In this document: piece by piece, positions 34,891 to 43,984 of the stretch | How the letters are laid out: each line of letters opens with the position of its first letter | Position numbering within the stretch: position 1 is the first letter of the stretch | Virus record (IMG/VR): IMGVR_UViG_3300032117_000037 | Span: 1 to 54,713 of that record | Direction: 5' to 3' (one strand) | Source of the DNA: a virus | Lineage: Duplodnaviria; Caudoviricetes | DNA length: 54,713 nt | Program-made: the position numbers and the translations under genes | Notes under the pieces: generated by a model | The model's input: only the letters and a program-made list of their open reading frames with translations | Told to the model about the DNA's origin: nothing | The model's database searches: none

Positions 34891-35134
34891 GATGTTGTCT
34901 GATTAGTTCGTCAATCTTACTTTCTAATTTAGAGAATCTACCATCTAAGTGGGATACAATTCTATCTAATTCAGCTTGAGTTACATTGTCTCGTGCAATT
35001 TCTTCACGAGTACGATTAAGTAAAATGCTTATTCTTTGTAACTCATCAAACTTGTCTTTAACAATAAAACCAACAATACCAACAGTGACTGACAGGATAA
35101 AGTTCCATGCCAACATGATATCGTTAGCTGACAT
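34880..35134 (-). CDS. single-TM coiled-coil protein
   Basis: N-terminal TM; ILLNRTREEIAR motif. Confidence 0.7.
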   Translation of the reverse strand: MSANDIMLAWNFILSVTVGIVGFIVKDKFDELQRISILLNRTREEIARDNVTQAELDRIVSHLDGRFSKLESKIDELIRQHHAQ

Positions 35135-35136
35135 GA

Positions 35137-35961
35137 TTAAAAGTATCCTGGGAATGTATTGCCAGCATCAGGATTGTTTTTGATAAGTTTACCATTAATA
35201 ACAGCACCAACTTGAACATTGCTACTATTATTGGTTCCTATTTGCCAAATAATGTCTGATTTTTCTGGATAAAAGAATGGTGTACTTGATCTATCAATAG
35301 TAAATACTGAAGTAAATGCTTGTTGTAATACATCAAATTGAACGCCAGTATTATTATTTTTAGACAATACATTGTAATACATTTGACTACCAGTGTATCC
35401 ATTGTCAGTATTAATTTCAACTTGATATAAATAATAACTATATCCTGCAGGAACAGTATAAATAGCAGCTTGTGTTTTACCAATACCAGGATTAATTTGT
35501 GCAACAATATTAGATCCTTGTGATGCTGTGATTGTTCCTACATTAGTGACTTGGCTAGTGCCTGGAACAACCATGGTCATGCTATTCACTCTGTAATAAC
35601 TATTAATAGTTGTAACAGAAGAAGTACCATTTAACAATATAATTTCTGATATAGGATTAAAGTTTGCATCTAACCCAGAAATAGAAATAGCTGCTTTTGT
35701 ATTATCAGAAGCAGATGAACTGACTAAAACTAAATTAGCTGCAGAAGCTGGGAAAGTATATGCTGTTGCATTTTCCCATATAGCAATCGTTGCATTTTGT
35801 GCTGTTGTGGTTGAAGAAATAGCTGTATTGTAACCAAATATATTAACATTTGAATGACCATATACTTGACCACGAGCTACTTGTAAGTCAAATGGCTCAT
35901 ATTTAGCCTGACGTGTAATTGAGTTTACAACATTATTTGTTTTTGGTACTGGATATACCAT
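35137..35961 (-). CDS. beta-rich virion-associated protein
   Basis: FDLQVARG, IFGYN, GLDANF and YTVPAGY motifs; AGGAG RBS. Confidence 0.7.
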   Translation of the reverse strand: MVYPVPKTNNVVNSITRQAKYEPFDLQVARGQVYGHSNVNIFGYNTAISSTTTAQNATIAIWENATAYTFPASAANLVLVSSSASDNTKAAISISGLDANFNPISEIILLNGTSSVTTINSYYRVNSMTMVVPGTSQVTNVGTITASQGSNIVAQINPGIGKTQAAIYTVPAGYSYYLYQVEINTDNGYTGSQMYYNVLSKNNNTGVQFDVLQQAFTSVFTIDRSSTPFFYPEKSDIIWQIGTNNSSNVQVGAVINGKLIKNNPDAGNTFPGYF

Positions 35962-35978
35962 GATTAATCTCCTAAAGT

Positions 35979-36003
35979 TAAAGAATGGGGGACGAATCCC
36001 CCA
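35979..36003 (-). terminator. intrinsic terminator with UUCG tetraloop
   Basis: Minus strand TGGGGGA-TTCG-TCCCCCA-TTCTTT. Confidence 0.6.
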
Positions 36004-36013
36004 CCAAGATTAA

Positions 36014-36715
36014 TTAATCAAAGTTACCGTATGGGTATGTTGTAGAATTACCAATGTTCATGTCAAGTTGGTTATAACGAACTGTTACTTCAATTTGACC
36101 TGTTGTTGGTGTAGCTAAACTAGAACCAGTAATTGCTAATGTAACAACAACTTGGCTAAACCATGAAGGTTGTTGACCAGGTTGAATATTTTGTACATCT
36201 TGTAATGTTGCACCAGAGTATGTTAATTGTGTACCAACAAATGTTGCAGTACCACGAGTTGCTGAAGTTACAGCAGCCATAGTAGCGTAAACGCCAGTTG
36301 ATGTAGCAAAGTTATTTGAAACATATGGTTGAATAGATGTAGCTGTATGTGTACCATCTGAAGGTAATGTACCAACATCAACAATGATGTCAGTAATATT
36401 TGATGAGTATGGTAATAAGAATACAACACCACGATAAGCAGTACCAGTAGCATCAGCTGTAGGAGCAGAAGCTTTAGTTGGACCATTGGTGCTATAAACA
36501 CCAGATTGTGGAGTCCAGATTGTAGCTGTGTTATTTGGAATGTTGCTTGATGTAACAAATGCACCAGAACCACCACCGTAATTAGCTGTGTTTGGAGTTG
36601 TTACTGAGAAATCTAAAAGTGCAGACTGAACTAAGTCAGTGTAGCCCACATCACGTTGTGGACCAAAACGGTTGTCACCCGATAGAATCGGGCCGTCAAA
36701 GGTAGAACGAGCCAT
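36014..36715 (-). CDS. putative capsid decoration / minor head protein
   Basis: MARSTFDGPI N-terminus typical of post-MCP genes; beta-rich. Confidence 0.65.
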   Translation of the reverse strand: MARSTFDGPILSGDNRFGPQRDVGYTDLVQSALLDFSVTTPNTANYGGGSGAFVTSSNIPNNTATIWTPQSGVYSTNGPTKASAPTADATGTAYRGVVFLLPYSSNITDIIVDVGTLPSDGTHTATSIQPYVSNNFATSTGVYATMAAVTSATRGTATFVGTQLTYSGATLQDVQNIQPGQQPSWFSQVVVTLAITGSSLATPTTGQIEVTVRYNQLDMNIGNSTTYPYGNFD

Positions 36716-36726
36716 AATATATCCTT

Positions 36727-36793
36727 ATGCAAAAGTCCTCTTATCAATCATTGCATTGTCTGCTGGGGCAGTCCGATAAGAGTAATCACCCAG
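36727..36793 (-). ncRNA. structured cis-RNA (double pseudoknot), candidate Mu-gpT-DE-like element
   Basis: Interleaved complementary pairs CTGGG/CCCAG, CTCTTATC/GATAAGAG and ATGCAA/TTGCAT abutting the AAGGA RBS. Confidence 0.55.
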
Positions 36794-36845
36794 ATATAAT
36801 ATTCTTGCATAAAATGCTTGAAATTGCAACAAATATCTATTAATA

Positions 36846-38429
36846 TTGCAAACTATGAGAGCATATCCAGAGCAGGTTTTACACCAATATAATCAAGCAT
36901 TTTCCTTGAAATTACAAGGTAAAGTCCAAGAAGCATTAACTCAATGTGAGTCTATTTTAAAGATTCATCCAACTTATTCTTTAGCCCTTCAGCTCATAGG
37001 CATAATATTTGCAGAAGTCAAGAACTATCCCATGTCTTTAGAATACTTTACAAGAGCCATGAAGCATGATAGGAAGAATGCGGCTATTTATAGTAATCGT
37101 GGCAATGTTTACCAAGATACCAAACAATATGACTTGGCTTTAGCTGATTTTGATCGTGCCATAAGTATCAAAAGAGACTTTGTTGAGGCTCATTATAATA
37201 AAGGCAATTGTTGTAAAGAGATGAATCAATATGAAAAAGCTATAGAATGCTACAAAAGAACACTAGTCTTTAATCCAAAATACAAGGATGCCTATACAAA
37301 TATGGGTACTTGTTATCAAAATTTACAACAGTTTGATAAGTCAGTTGAATGTTACGATAAGACGATTGAGATCAATCCACAAGACTGGATGGCTTATAAC
37401 AATAAAGGTTATGCATTACATGTATTAATGAACCTAGACGAGTCTATTAAAACATATGATCAAGCTATATCATCTAATCCAGATAACCCAGATCCTAAGT
37501 TTAATAAAGGACTTGTAGAGCTTTTAAAGGGTGATTGGGAAAAAGGTTGGGAAGGACATGAAGTTAGATGGACTAATCGTTTTTCTCCAGTTAAATTGCC
37601 TAAACTTTGGAAGGGTGAGGATCTAACAGATAAAACAATCTTTATTCATCACGAACAAGGTATTGGTGATACGATCCAATTCTGTCGTTATCTTAAGCTT
37701 TTAAAAGCTAAAAAGATTATTGTAGCTGTTAAGCCAGAAGCTTTTGCCTTATTAAAATCCATGCCTGAAATAGATGAGATCTATGATGACTTATCTAAAG
37801 TAAATGAGAATGATTATCATTATCAATCACCATTTATGTCATTGCCTTATATATTTAAAACAAGACCTAACAACATTCCGCATGATGTTCCTTATCTATT
37901 TGCACCAGAAGATCGTGTAGCTTATTGGAAAGATAAGTTAAAGGATGATAAGAAGTTTAAAGTAGGACTTGTATGGTCTGGTGGATTTAGAGCAGATCAG
38001 CCAGAATTATGGGCTGTTAATAATAGACGTAATGTTCCATTAGATAAGTTAGCTTCATTCCAAAATGAAAACATATCATTTTACAGTTTACAAAAAGGTG
38101 AGTTTGCTGAAGCTGAATTAAAGAACTCTAAAGTATGGAATATGATTGATTATACTTCTGAGTTACAAGACTTCTCAGATACTGCTGCATTGATTGAAAA
38201 TCTTGATCTTATAATCTCTGTAGATACATCGACTGCACACGTAGCTGGTGCTCTAAACAAACCTGTATGGATGATGAATCGATTTGACACATGCTGGAGA
38301 TGGTTAACAGAAGGCAACAAAACAGATTGGTATCCAAGTATGACTATCTATAGACAGAATAGTTTCAACAATTGGTATAACGTGATTAACAATATTGCAA
38401 TAGACCTACATGCACTTTCCAGAAGATAA
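36846..38429 (+). CDS. TPR-repeat protein with GT9-like glycosyltransferase domain
   Basis: N-terminal TPRs (YSNRGNVY, HYNKGN, YTNMG); EQGIGDTIQF.RY; DLIISVDTSTAHVAGAL. Confidence 0.85.
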   Translation: MQTMRAYPEQVLHQYNQAFSLKLQGKVQEALTQCESILKIHPTYSLALQLIGIIFAEVKNYPMSLEYFTRAMKHDRKNAAIYSNRGNVYQDTKQYDLALADFDRAISIKRDFVEAHYNKGNCCKEMNQYEKAIECYKRTLVFNPKYKDAYTNMGTCYQNLQQFDKSVECYDKTIEINPQDWMAYNNKGYALHVLMNLDESIKTYDQAISSNPDNPDPKFNKGLVELLKGDWEKGWEGHEVRWTNRFSPVKLPKLWKGEDLTDKTIFIHHEQGIGDTIQFCRYLKLLKAKKIIVAVKPEAFALLKSMPEIDEIYDDLSKVNENDYHYQSPFMSLPYIFKTRPNNIPHDVPYLFAPEDRVAYWKDKLKDDKKFKVGLVWSGGFRADQPELWAVNNRRNVPLDKLASFQNENISFYSLQKGEFAEAELKNSKVWNMIDYTSELQDFSDTAALIENLDLIISVDTSTAHVAGALNKPVWMMNRFDTCWRWLTEGNKTDWYPSMTIYRQNSFNNWYNVINNIAIDLHALSRR

Positions 38430-39168
38430 TCTTTACCTTGTAGATGGAGGTATTGGAGACTTCCTCCAATTTGTGCCATTTATGCTTCAATATAAGCGTA
38501 GATACTTTGTTTTAACGCATTTTAAAGGTGCTAAAGAGCTTATGTTAGCTTTAAATGTCATGCCTGATACGTTAATGTATTACTCTACAGAACCTGAAAA
38601 AGTAGAGAAAATTAAACAAATTGCACTCCATAATACCATCAATCAATGTCCAAGACATTTTTACTTCTACGGTAATCCATTCCCAAAACAAAAGCCATTA
38701 TTTGATAATGATAAAAAGACTATTGGTGTTCATCTAAATGGAAGTAAGTTCTCTTTAGAATGGCAAATAGCCCATAATATGATTACTAAATCTATTCCTT
38801 CAAAGATTATAGAGTCTTTTAAAGATTACAATGTGATTGTATTTGGATTGCCTGAAGACTTAGAAGGTTTAGAAGAGTCTGATCATGTGAAGTTTGTTTG
38901 TTATAAAGATATAGCCAAAAGCTTTGCTTATGTTGAACAGTGTGATTATGTGGTGGCTGCAGATAGTTCTGTTAAAACCATGAGCTCTATGTTACGCATT
39001 CCTACATTCGTATGGATGGCAGATAACGAAGATCCATTTAGAGATAAGATCTTTATTGATCAATATGTCAAAGATGGCATTATGAAAACATTCAAATATA
39101 AAAATGCTTTTGATGATATGGATGAAGGCATCAAGCAAACCATGGAGTTTTTAAATGAATCCAAATAA
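38410..39168 (+). CDS. GT-B (family 9-like) glycosyltransferase
   Basis: GGIGDFLQ; IGVHLNGS; DYVVAADSS....S.L.IPT. Confidence 0.65.
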   Translation: MHFPEDNLYLVDGGIGDFLQFVPFMLQYKRRYFVLTHFKGAKELMLALNVMPDTLMYYSTEPEKVEKIKQIALHNTINQCPRHFYFYGNPFPKQKPLFDNDKKTIGVHLNGSKFSLEWQIAHNMITKSIPSKIIESFKDYNVIVFGLPEDLEGLEESDHVKFVCYKDIAKSFAYVEQCDYVVAADSSVKTMSSMLRIPTFVWMADNEDPFRDKIFIDQYVKDGIMKTFKYKNAFDDMDEGIKQTMEFLNESK

Positions 39169-39892
39169 AGTAGTTAATTCACAATATGGTCAAATCATCA
39201 TAAATACAAACGATAAGGGAGTTGGAGCTTCTATATCTGAAGGATCATATTTTGAGCCTGAAAATATAAACATTATGATTGGAGTGATCAACACACTTCT
39301 ACAAAGAAAAGACAAAATTACATTCTATGATGTAGGTGCTAACATTGGAACACATACGTTAGCCATAGCTAGTACATTCAAAAATAAAGTATTTATAAGA
39401 TCATTTGAAGCTCAAAGACAAGTTTATTATATGTTATGCGGAACTATTGCTTTAAATGGATTACGCAATGTATATGCTCACCATTGTGCCGTTGGTGGCT
39501 ATTATGGTTTGATTGATATTGATTTACCAGATTACAATGTAAGACAAAACTTTGGTGGTCTTGAGATTAAAGAGATAGATAAATCAGATAATCAAGATAT
39601 GATTTTTAATAGTTCAGAAAACATTGAAATGATGAGATTAGATCAGTTTCATGAACCTATTGATTTCATCAAAATGGATATTGAGGGAATGGAGGAAGAG
39701 GCTTTATTTAGATCCTCGCTTATGCTTGAGGAGTATATGCCTGTTTGCTACGTGGAAATATTTAAATCTAATCAAGATCGCATTTTTAGCTTCTTTAAAA
39801 GCCTTGGCTATAAATGCTATTCAAATGGTCAAGATATGCTTGCTATGCCGACTGGCATGGATGTAACTATTCTAAATTTTAATCCTGTATAA
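39155..39892 (+). CDS. FkbM-family SAM-dependent methyltransferase
   Basis: YDVGANIGTHT, SFEAQ and FIKMDIEGME. Confidence 0.88.
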   Translation: MNPNKVVNSQYGQIIINTNDKGVGASISEGSYFEPENINIMIGVINTLLQRKDKITFYDVGANIGTHTLAIASTFKNKVFIRSFEAQRQVYYMLCGTIALNGLRNVYAHHCAVGGYYGLIDIDLPDYNVRQNFGGLEIKEIDKSDNQDMIFNSSENIEMMRLDQFHEPIDFIKMDIEGMEEEALFRSSLMLEEYMPVCYVEIFKSNQDRIFSFFKSLGYKCYSNGQDMLAMPTGMDVTILNFNPV

Positions 39893-39912
39893 AAAGCCCC
39901 TAGATGGGGCTT
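39891..39912. terminator. terminator between convergent genes
   Basis: AAAAAGCCCC-TAGAT-GGGGCTT hairpin. Confidence 0.6.
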
Positions 39913-39916
39913 CCTA

Positions 39917-40174
39917 TTATTGTGCTGGAGTAACTCCTTGTGGAGTTACAGGAGCTTCTGGAGCAACTTCAGGAGTTGATCCTTCTACTGGTGTAATGGT
40001 AGCAACTTCAGCTGGACTTACAAACAAATGTTTAAAATGAGAGATTTCAACATTCATTGCAACTTCAATTGCACTTTCAATAGCACCAAAAAAGCTTTTT
40101 ACATAACCAAAAATAGTCTTAAGGATTTGTAAATGAGCCTTTACTAAGTTCCATAAATCTTTTAATAATTGCAT
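39917..40174 (-). CDS. hypothetical protein (amphipathic N-terminus, Pro/Glu-rich tail)
   Basis: AAGGAG RBS; bounded by terminators. Confidence 0.6.
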   Translation of the reverse strand: MQLLKDLWNLVKAHLQILKTIFGYVKSFFGAIESAIEVAMNVEISHFKHLFVSPAEVATITPVEGSTPEVAPEAPVTPQGVTPAQ

Positions 40175-40193
40175 ACTATCTCCTTTGTTAGAT

Positions 40194-40224
40194 AAAAAAC
40201 CCCACTTTTTTAAGGTGGGGCTTT
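40194..40224 (-). terminator. intrinsic terminator after the major capsid gene
   Basis: Minus strand AAAGCCCCACC-loop-AGTGGGG-TTTTTT. Confidence 0.7.
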
Positions 40225-40251
40225 CTATTTATCAACTAACTAGTTTCCTAA

Positions 40252-41154
40252 TTAGTATGAACCGTAAACACCTAGTGGATCAGAAACACCGAATGAATAA
40301 CGTTCACGAGATTTATATCTCACGTTACCAGTGTCAAAGTCACCGTCCATAGAGTTTTGTAGAGGTGTTCTAACGAACATTTTAAGACCATTAGGCACAT
40401 CTGTTGTTAAGAACCAAGCATTAGTTGCTGTTAAGAAGTGGTTAATTGTATAACCTTCTGGAACAGAACCGTTGTTCTTAATAGCATTGATGTCGTTGTT
40501 GTTTGTACCAACACGGAGTTCTGTGTCAAGTAAACGTGTAGCAACGAATTGTAATGCTGGTGGAACAACTAATTTGCGTGGTTTAGCAGCGATCAAGAGA
40601 CCACGTTCATCAGTCCATGCAGCGATTTGAATAACAGCATTTTCCAATGATGTTTCATTCAAGTCAGCAGGAGTTGATGGTGTGTTAGCATTAACGCCAC
40701 CAGACACCAATGGGTGTGCAGTAGAGAATAATGATTGACCGTCACCGTATGTGAAGTTTGAGTTGAAGCCGTTGTTTAAAACAGCAGCACCTTTAACTTG
40801 TTTTGTGTACGCCATAGCACGAGCTAATGCTTTAGTATAACGAGCTGATAATGAATCATACAAGTTATCTTCAATAGCTTCTTCAGTTAAGCTGAAGCCA
40901 AGAGCAATAGTTTCGTGGTTGTAGCGAGCAGTCCAAGCTTCTTGTGCATTGTCATATGCAATTGCTTGACCTTCGTTTTTAACTGGTGCAGCAGAGAAAC
41001 CAGAAAGTTTTGTTTCTTCTTCGAATGAACGTTCAGAAGTTTCGATTTCATAGATTTCTTTGTGTTCTTCACCATAACGAGCATATTCAAGACCGAACAA
41101 AGCGTTAAGTCCAGGTAATAGCTCTTTGAGTAGCTGGGCACGAGATATAGCCAT
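40252..41154 (-). CDS. major capsid protein (HK97 fold, Mu gpT-like)
   Basis: MAISRAQLLKELLPGLNALFG, EEAIEDNLY and DFDTGNVRYKSRERYSFG; strong RBS; biased codons. Confidence 0.92.
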   Translation of the reverse strand: MAISRAQLLKELLPGLNALFGLEYARYGEEHKEIYEIETSERSFEEETKLSGFSAAPVKNEGQAIAYDNAQEAWTARYNHETIALGFSLTEEAIEDNLYDSLSARYTKALARAMAYTKQVKGAAVLNNGFNSNFTYGDGQSLFSTAHPLVSGGVNANTPSTPADLNETSLENAVIQIAAWTDERGLLIAAKPRKLVVPPALQFVATRLLDTELRVGTNNNDINAIKNNGSVPEGYTINHFLTATNAWFLTTDVPNGLKMFVRTPLQNSMDGDFDTGNVRYKSRERYSFGVSDPLGVYGSY

Positions 41155-41166
41155 TTAAATTTCTCC

Positions 41167-41961
41167 TTAAACGCCAGTGGCTTGTAAATATTGATGAGTT
41201 CCAAAATTCCACTTCACTAAGAGTTCAGTGAACCCTGCGAAAGTTAAAGTTTGGGTCGTAGATGTAGTAGCCGCTGCAGATAAGTTTACTGTTGTACCAG
41301 ATACTGATGCAACATAAGCACCAGCAGGAATGCCAGTACCATAAACTTGCATACCAACATAAATGTTAGCATTAGCTGCAGATAATGTTACTACTGTTGT
41401 GCTGTTTGTAGTAGCTGTTTGTGATGCTGATAACGCTGTATCAGGTACACCTTGGATAATACGAACAGGCAATGAAAGTGTTGTAGTAACACCGTTAATT
41501 GCAACTGCTGAATCACCAGTTACTGTTGAACCAGTATTTTGTACTAAAGCAGCATTTAAACCGATTGCGTATTGACCGATAGCAGTCATTGTTGTGCCAG
41601 ATGTTACAGCAGCAACTTTGAATACTGTGTCAGGATCTTCTACTACTACAGCTGTAATGTCACCAGCTGGAAGCACAGGAGATGTTACACCACCTGGGTA
41701 GTATTGTTGCCAAATACGTTGATTTGTACTTGGGTTAGTATAGTAACAACCAACGAAAACACCAACTGGGGATGCAGTAGCTGTACCAGTGTCTTTAGTA
41801 ACTGTACCGTCTGATTGGATCTTAACTGCGTCACCATTATAGATTGCAGTCGCTGAACCATTAGCGATAGGGAAGTTACGTGTTGCACCAGCAAATACTT
41901 GACCACCAATTAGATTAACTGGCTTGAGCCCATATGGGGCTGGTACTGAAGGATATGCCAT
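41167..41961 (-). CDS. capsid decoration/cement protein
   Basis: PYGLKPV, GVFVGCYYT and DPDTVFKV; directly upstream of the MCP gene. Confidence 0.7.
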   Translation of the reverse strand: MAYPSVPAPYGLKPVNLIGGQVFAGATRNFPIANGSATAIYNGDAVKIQSDGTVTKDTGTATASPVGVFVGCYYTNPSTNQRIWQQYYPGGVTSPVLPAGDITAVVVEDPDTVFKVAAVTSGTTMTAIGQYAIGLNAALVQNTGSTVTGDSAVAINGVTTTLSLPVRIIQGVPDTALSASQTATTNSTTVVTLSAANANIYVGMQVYGTGIPAGAYVASVSGTTVNLSAAATTSTTQTLTFAGFTELLVKWNFGTHQYLQATGV

Positions 41962-41979
41962 TTAAAACTCCTAATATAG

Positions 41980-42429
41980 TTAATTTTTATTACCAAAAGA
42001 TACTGTAGACTTACGTTCTGAGAACAAAGGCATACGTGCATCATTTTGACGCATAAAACTATTATCAACTGCTTCGGCTTGTTGCTTAGTCATATTGTTC
42101 TCATAGTCCATACGGGCTTGAACAAACTCTTGCGGAGCCTTACATAATAATAGTCCGCCAATCTCAATGTTGTCTTTAAAACGACTATCGGGATCAACTA
42201 GCAAGGAAAACTTAGGTTGTTCTTCTGCTCTTACTGGTTCCCATCCTTCTCTTAAACGAGAGGAGAGATTTTTCGGATCAGCAACGTTAAGCATTGAAAC
42301 TCTAATCCATCTATACGCATAACCAGCTTGCTTATCTGGTTCTGGTAGCAATTCAGGAGGGGTCCAAGCTTTTGGACGCTCTTCTTGTTGACGAGTTTGT
42401 ACATCACGGGGAATTCTATTTTCAGCCAT
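41980..42429 (-). CDS. conserved head-module protein
   Basis: W.PPELLP, YRWIR, REGWEPV and GGLLLCK. Confidence 0.75.
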   Translation of the reverse strand: MAENRIPRDVQTRQQEERPKAWTPPELLPEPDKQAGYAYRWIRVSMLNVADPKNLSSRLREGWEPVRAEEQPKFSLLVDPDSRFKDNIEIGGLLLCKAPQEFVQARMDYENNMTKQQAEAVDNSFMRQNDARMPLFSERKSTVSFGNKN

Positions 42430-43381
42430 TTTGGGACTCCAATTTAGTTAATTCCATAGCATATTGCTCTGGAGAAAGTTTGAACTTTTTAGCCAAAGCT
42501 AATTGCGTTTGCGTCAGTCTAATCTTTTTTGGGGATGTAGAACGTGTTGCAGGTGCTACTACTGTAGCGGGTTTTTTGGCAGAGTCTTTGGTCTCTGTTG
42601 TTTCGCTCTGAAATTTTTCAGGGAAACGTTTACGCATCTCGGTATCAATTGCGTTCCAGTAAGTGTCGGAGCCTGTCGGGACACCGTCTCTTTCCAGACG
42701 CTTATGAATACCCATTGCAAGGAAACTCATATCCTCATCCACACCGTACCAACTATTTTTATCTAGCCAGGACTGGGTTTTTGAGTCCAGCTTAGGTGTA
42801 GGTTGAGCTTGAGGTATTTTAACCTGATTTTCCTCGTTTTGTAAAGCACTTTCTTCATATTGTGGCTTATAACGCTCAATTTCTTGGGCTTTTATCTTTG
42901 CAGCCATCAATTGTTCTTGTGCTTCAATCAAAGCTTGAGAATCACCAGCATCTAATGCCTCTTTAATTTGACGTTTTGCAATGTCTAATTCACGAGTTGA
43001 GTTCTCTTTAGCAGTAGAAACATAGACTTTTTCACCATCTGAAAGACGGTTTTTAAGCTTTTTAGTCTCATCTAATAAAGATTGAGCTACACGAATAGCT
43101 TCTTCTTGTTCACGAAGTGCTTGTTCCTTAGCTCTACGCTCATCGTTAATGAGCTTTTTCATTTGTAATAGACGTTGTTTAGCTTCTTTAGAGTATTCTT
43201 CTAAAGTATCTTCTTCAACTTCTTTTACAATTTCTTCAGGTAAAGGAGTAGCGTTCTTTTGATCTTCAATAGGACGATCATCCTCTACTTCGATTTCAAT
43301 CTTAGCTTCAGGTTCCTTTTCTACTTCTGGAGCCTTAACTTCTTCTTCGATTTCATCTGGGAATTTAAATTCTTCAGCCAT
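42422..43381 (-). CDS. capsid scaffolding protein
   Basis: Acidic coiled coil; W..KNSWYG; C-terminal LT..Q..LAKK..L.PEQYA helix. Confidence 0.75.
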   Translation of the reverse strand: MAEEFKFPDEIEEEVKAPEVEKEPEAKIEIEVEDDRPIEDQKNATPLPEEIVKEVEEDTLEEYSKEAKQRLLQMKKLINDERRAKEQALREQEEAIRVAQSLLDETKKLKNRLSDGEKVYVSTAKENSTRELDIAKRQIKEALDAGDSQALIEAQEQLMAAKIKAQEIERYKPQYEESALQNEENQVKIPQAQPTPKLDSKTQSWLDKNSWYGVDEDMSFLAMGIHKRLERDGVPTGSDTYWNAIDTEMRKRFPEKFQSETTETKDSAKKPATVVAPATRSTSPKKIRLTQTQLALAKKFKLSPEQYAMELTKLESQNG

Positions 43382-43389
43382 ATATCCTC

Positions 43390-43800
43390 CTAAACACGAC
43401 TAATTCCACGAGGATCTTGTACTACTGCCTCGACAGAATCATCATTGATTAATCGGAATTCACGACCATGAATCTTTAATCGTGTGCCTGTATTAGGACG
43501 TGCAAGGATAAAATCTCCTTTTTTACACCACGGTCCTGTAGGGAAACGCTTTTCGTCCTTGTAACAATCAGGACCCATATCTACAACAAAGAATACTGTA
43601 GATAGAACTTCTTCGTTTCTCATTGTATCAGTGGATTTTAAAATACCACTGTCAAATTTATCTTCAGCTTCTGGTAAGGCACATAACATTCTATAGCCTT
43701 GTGGTACTGGAAGCTGTCTTGCTTTTTCCTCATCCGTTTGGGGAAGAGTTGTTGCTTGGGTTACATCATCGGGATTTGATCCGATTAGTAGTTCACTCAT
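43390..43800 (-). CDS. GroES-like co-chaperonin
   Basis: P.GYRML, SGIL, GPDCY.D, WCKKGDFI and FRLINDD.V.AVV. Confidence 0.8.
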   Translation of the reverse strand: MSELLIGSNPDDVTQATTLPQTDEEKARQLPVPQGYRMLCALPEAEDKFDSGILKSTDTMRNEEVLSTVFFVVDMGPDCYKDEKRFPTGPWCKKGDFILARPNTGTRLKIHGREFRLINDDSVEAVVQDPRGISRV

Positions 43801-43981
43801 CTGAGTTCTCCATATTGTGTTTTAGGTCTGATACAAACATACGTGCAGAGAGAAGACCTTTTATCTCACCGCATATTCTTTGGTATTCAGCGAAGTCTTT
43901 GGCTTCGCCTACTCCCAAAATTTCTTCTAATCGTCTTACCTTTTCATCTATCTGTTTGAGAATTAGATCTAAAAGTTGCAT
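43793..43981 (-). CDS. small conserved head-module protein
   Basis: G.AKDFAEY...CGEIKGL motif. Confidence 0.7.
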   Translation of the reverse strand: MQLLDLILKQIDEKVRRLEEILGVGEAKDFAEYQRICGEIKGLLSARMFVSDLKHNMENSDE

Positions 43982-43984
43982 TTA

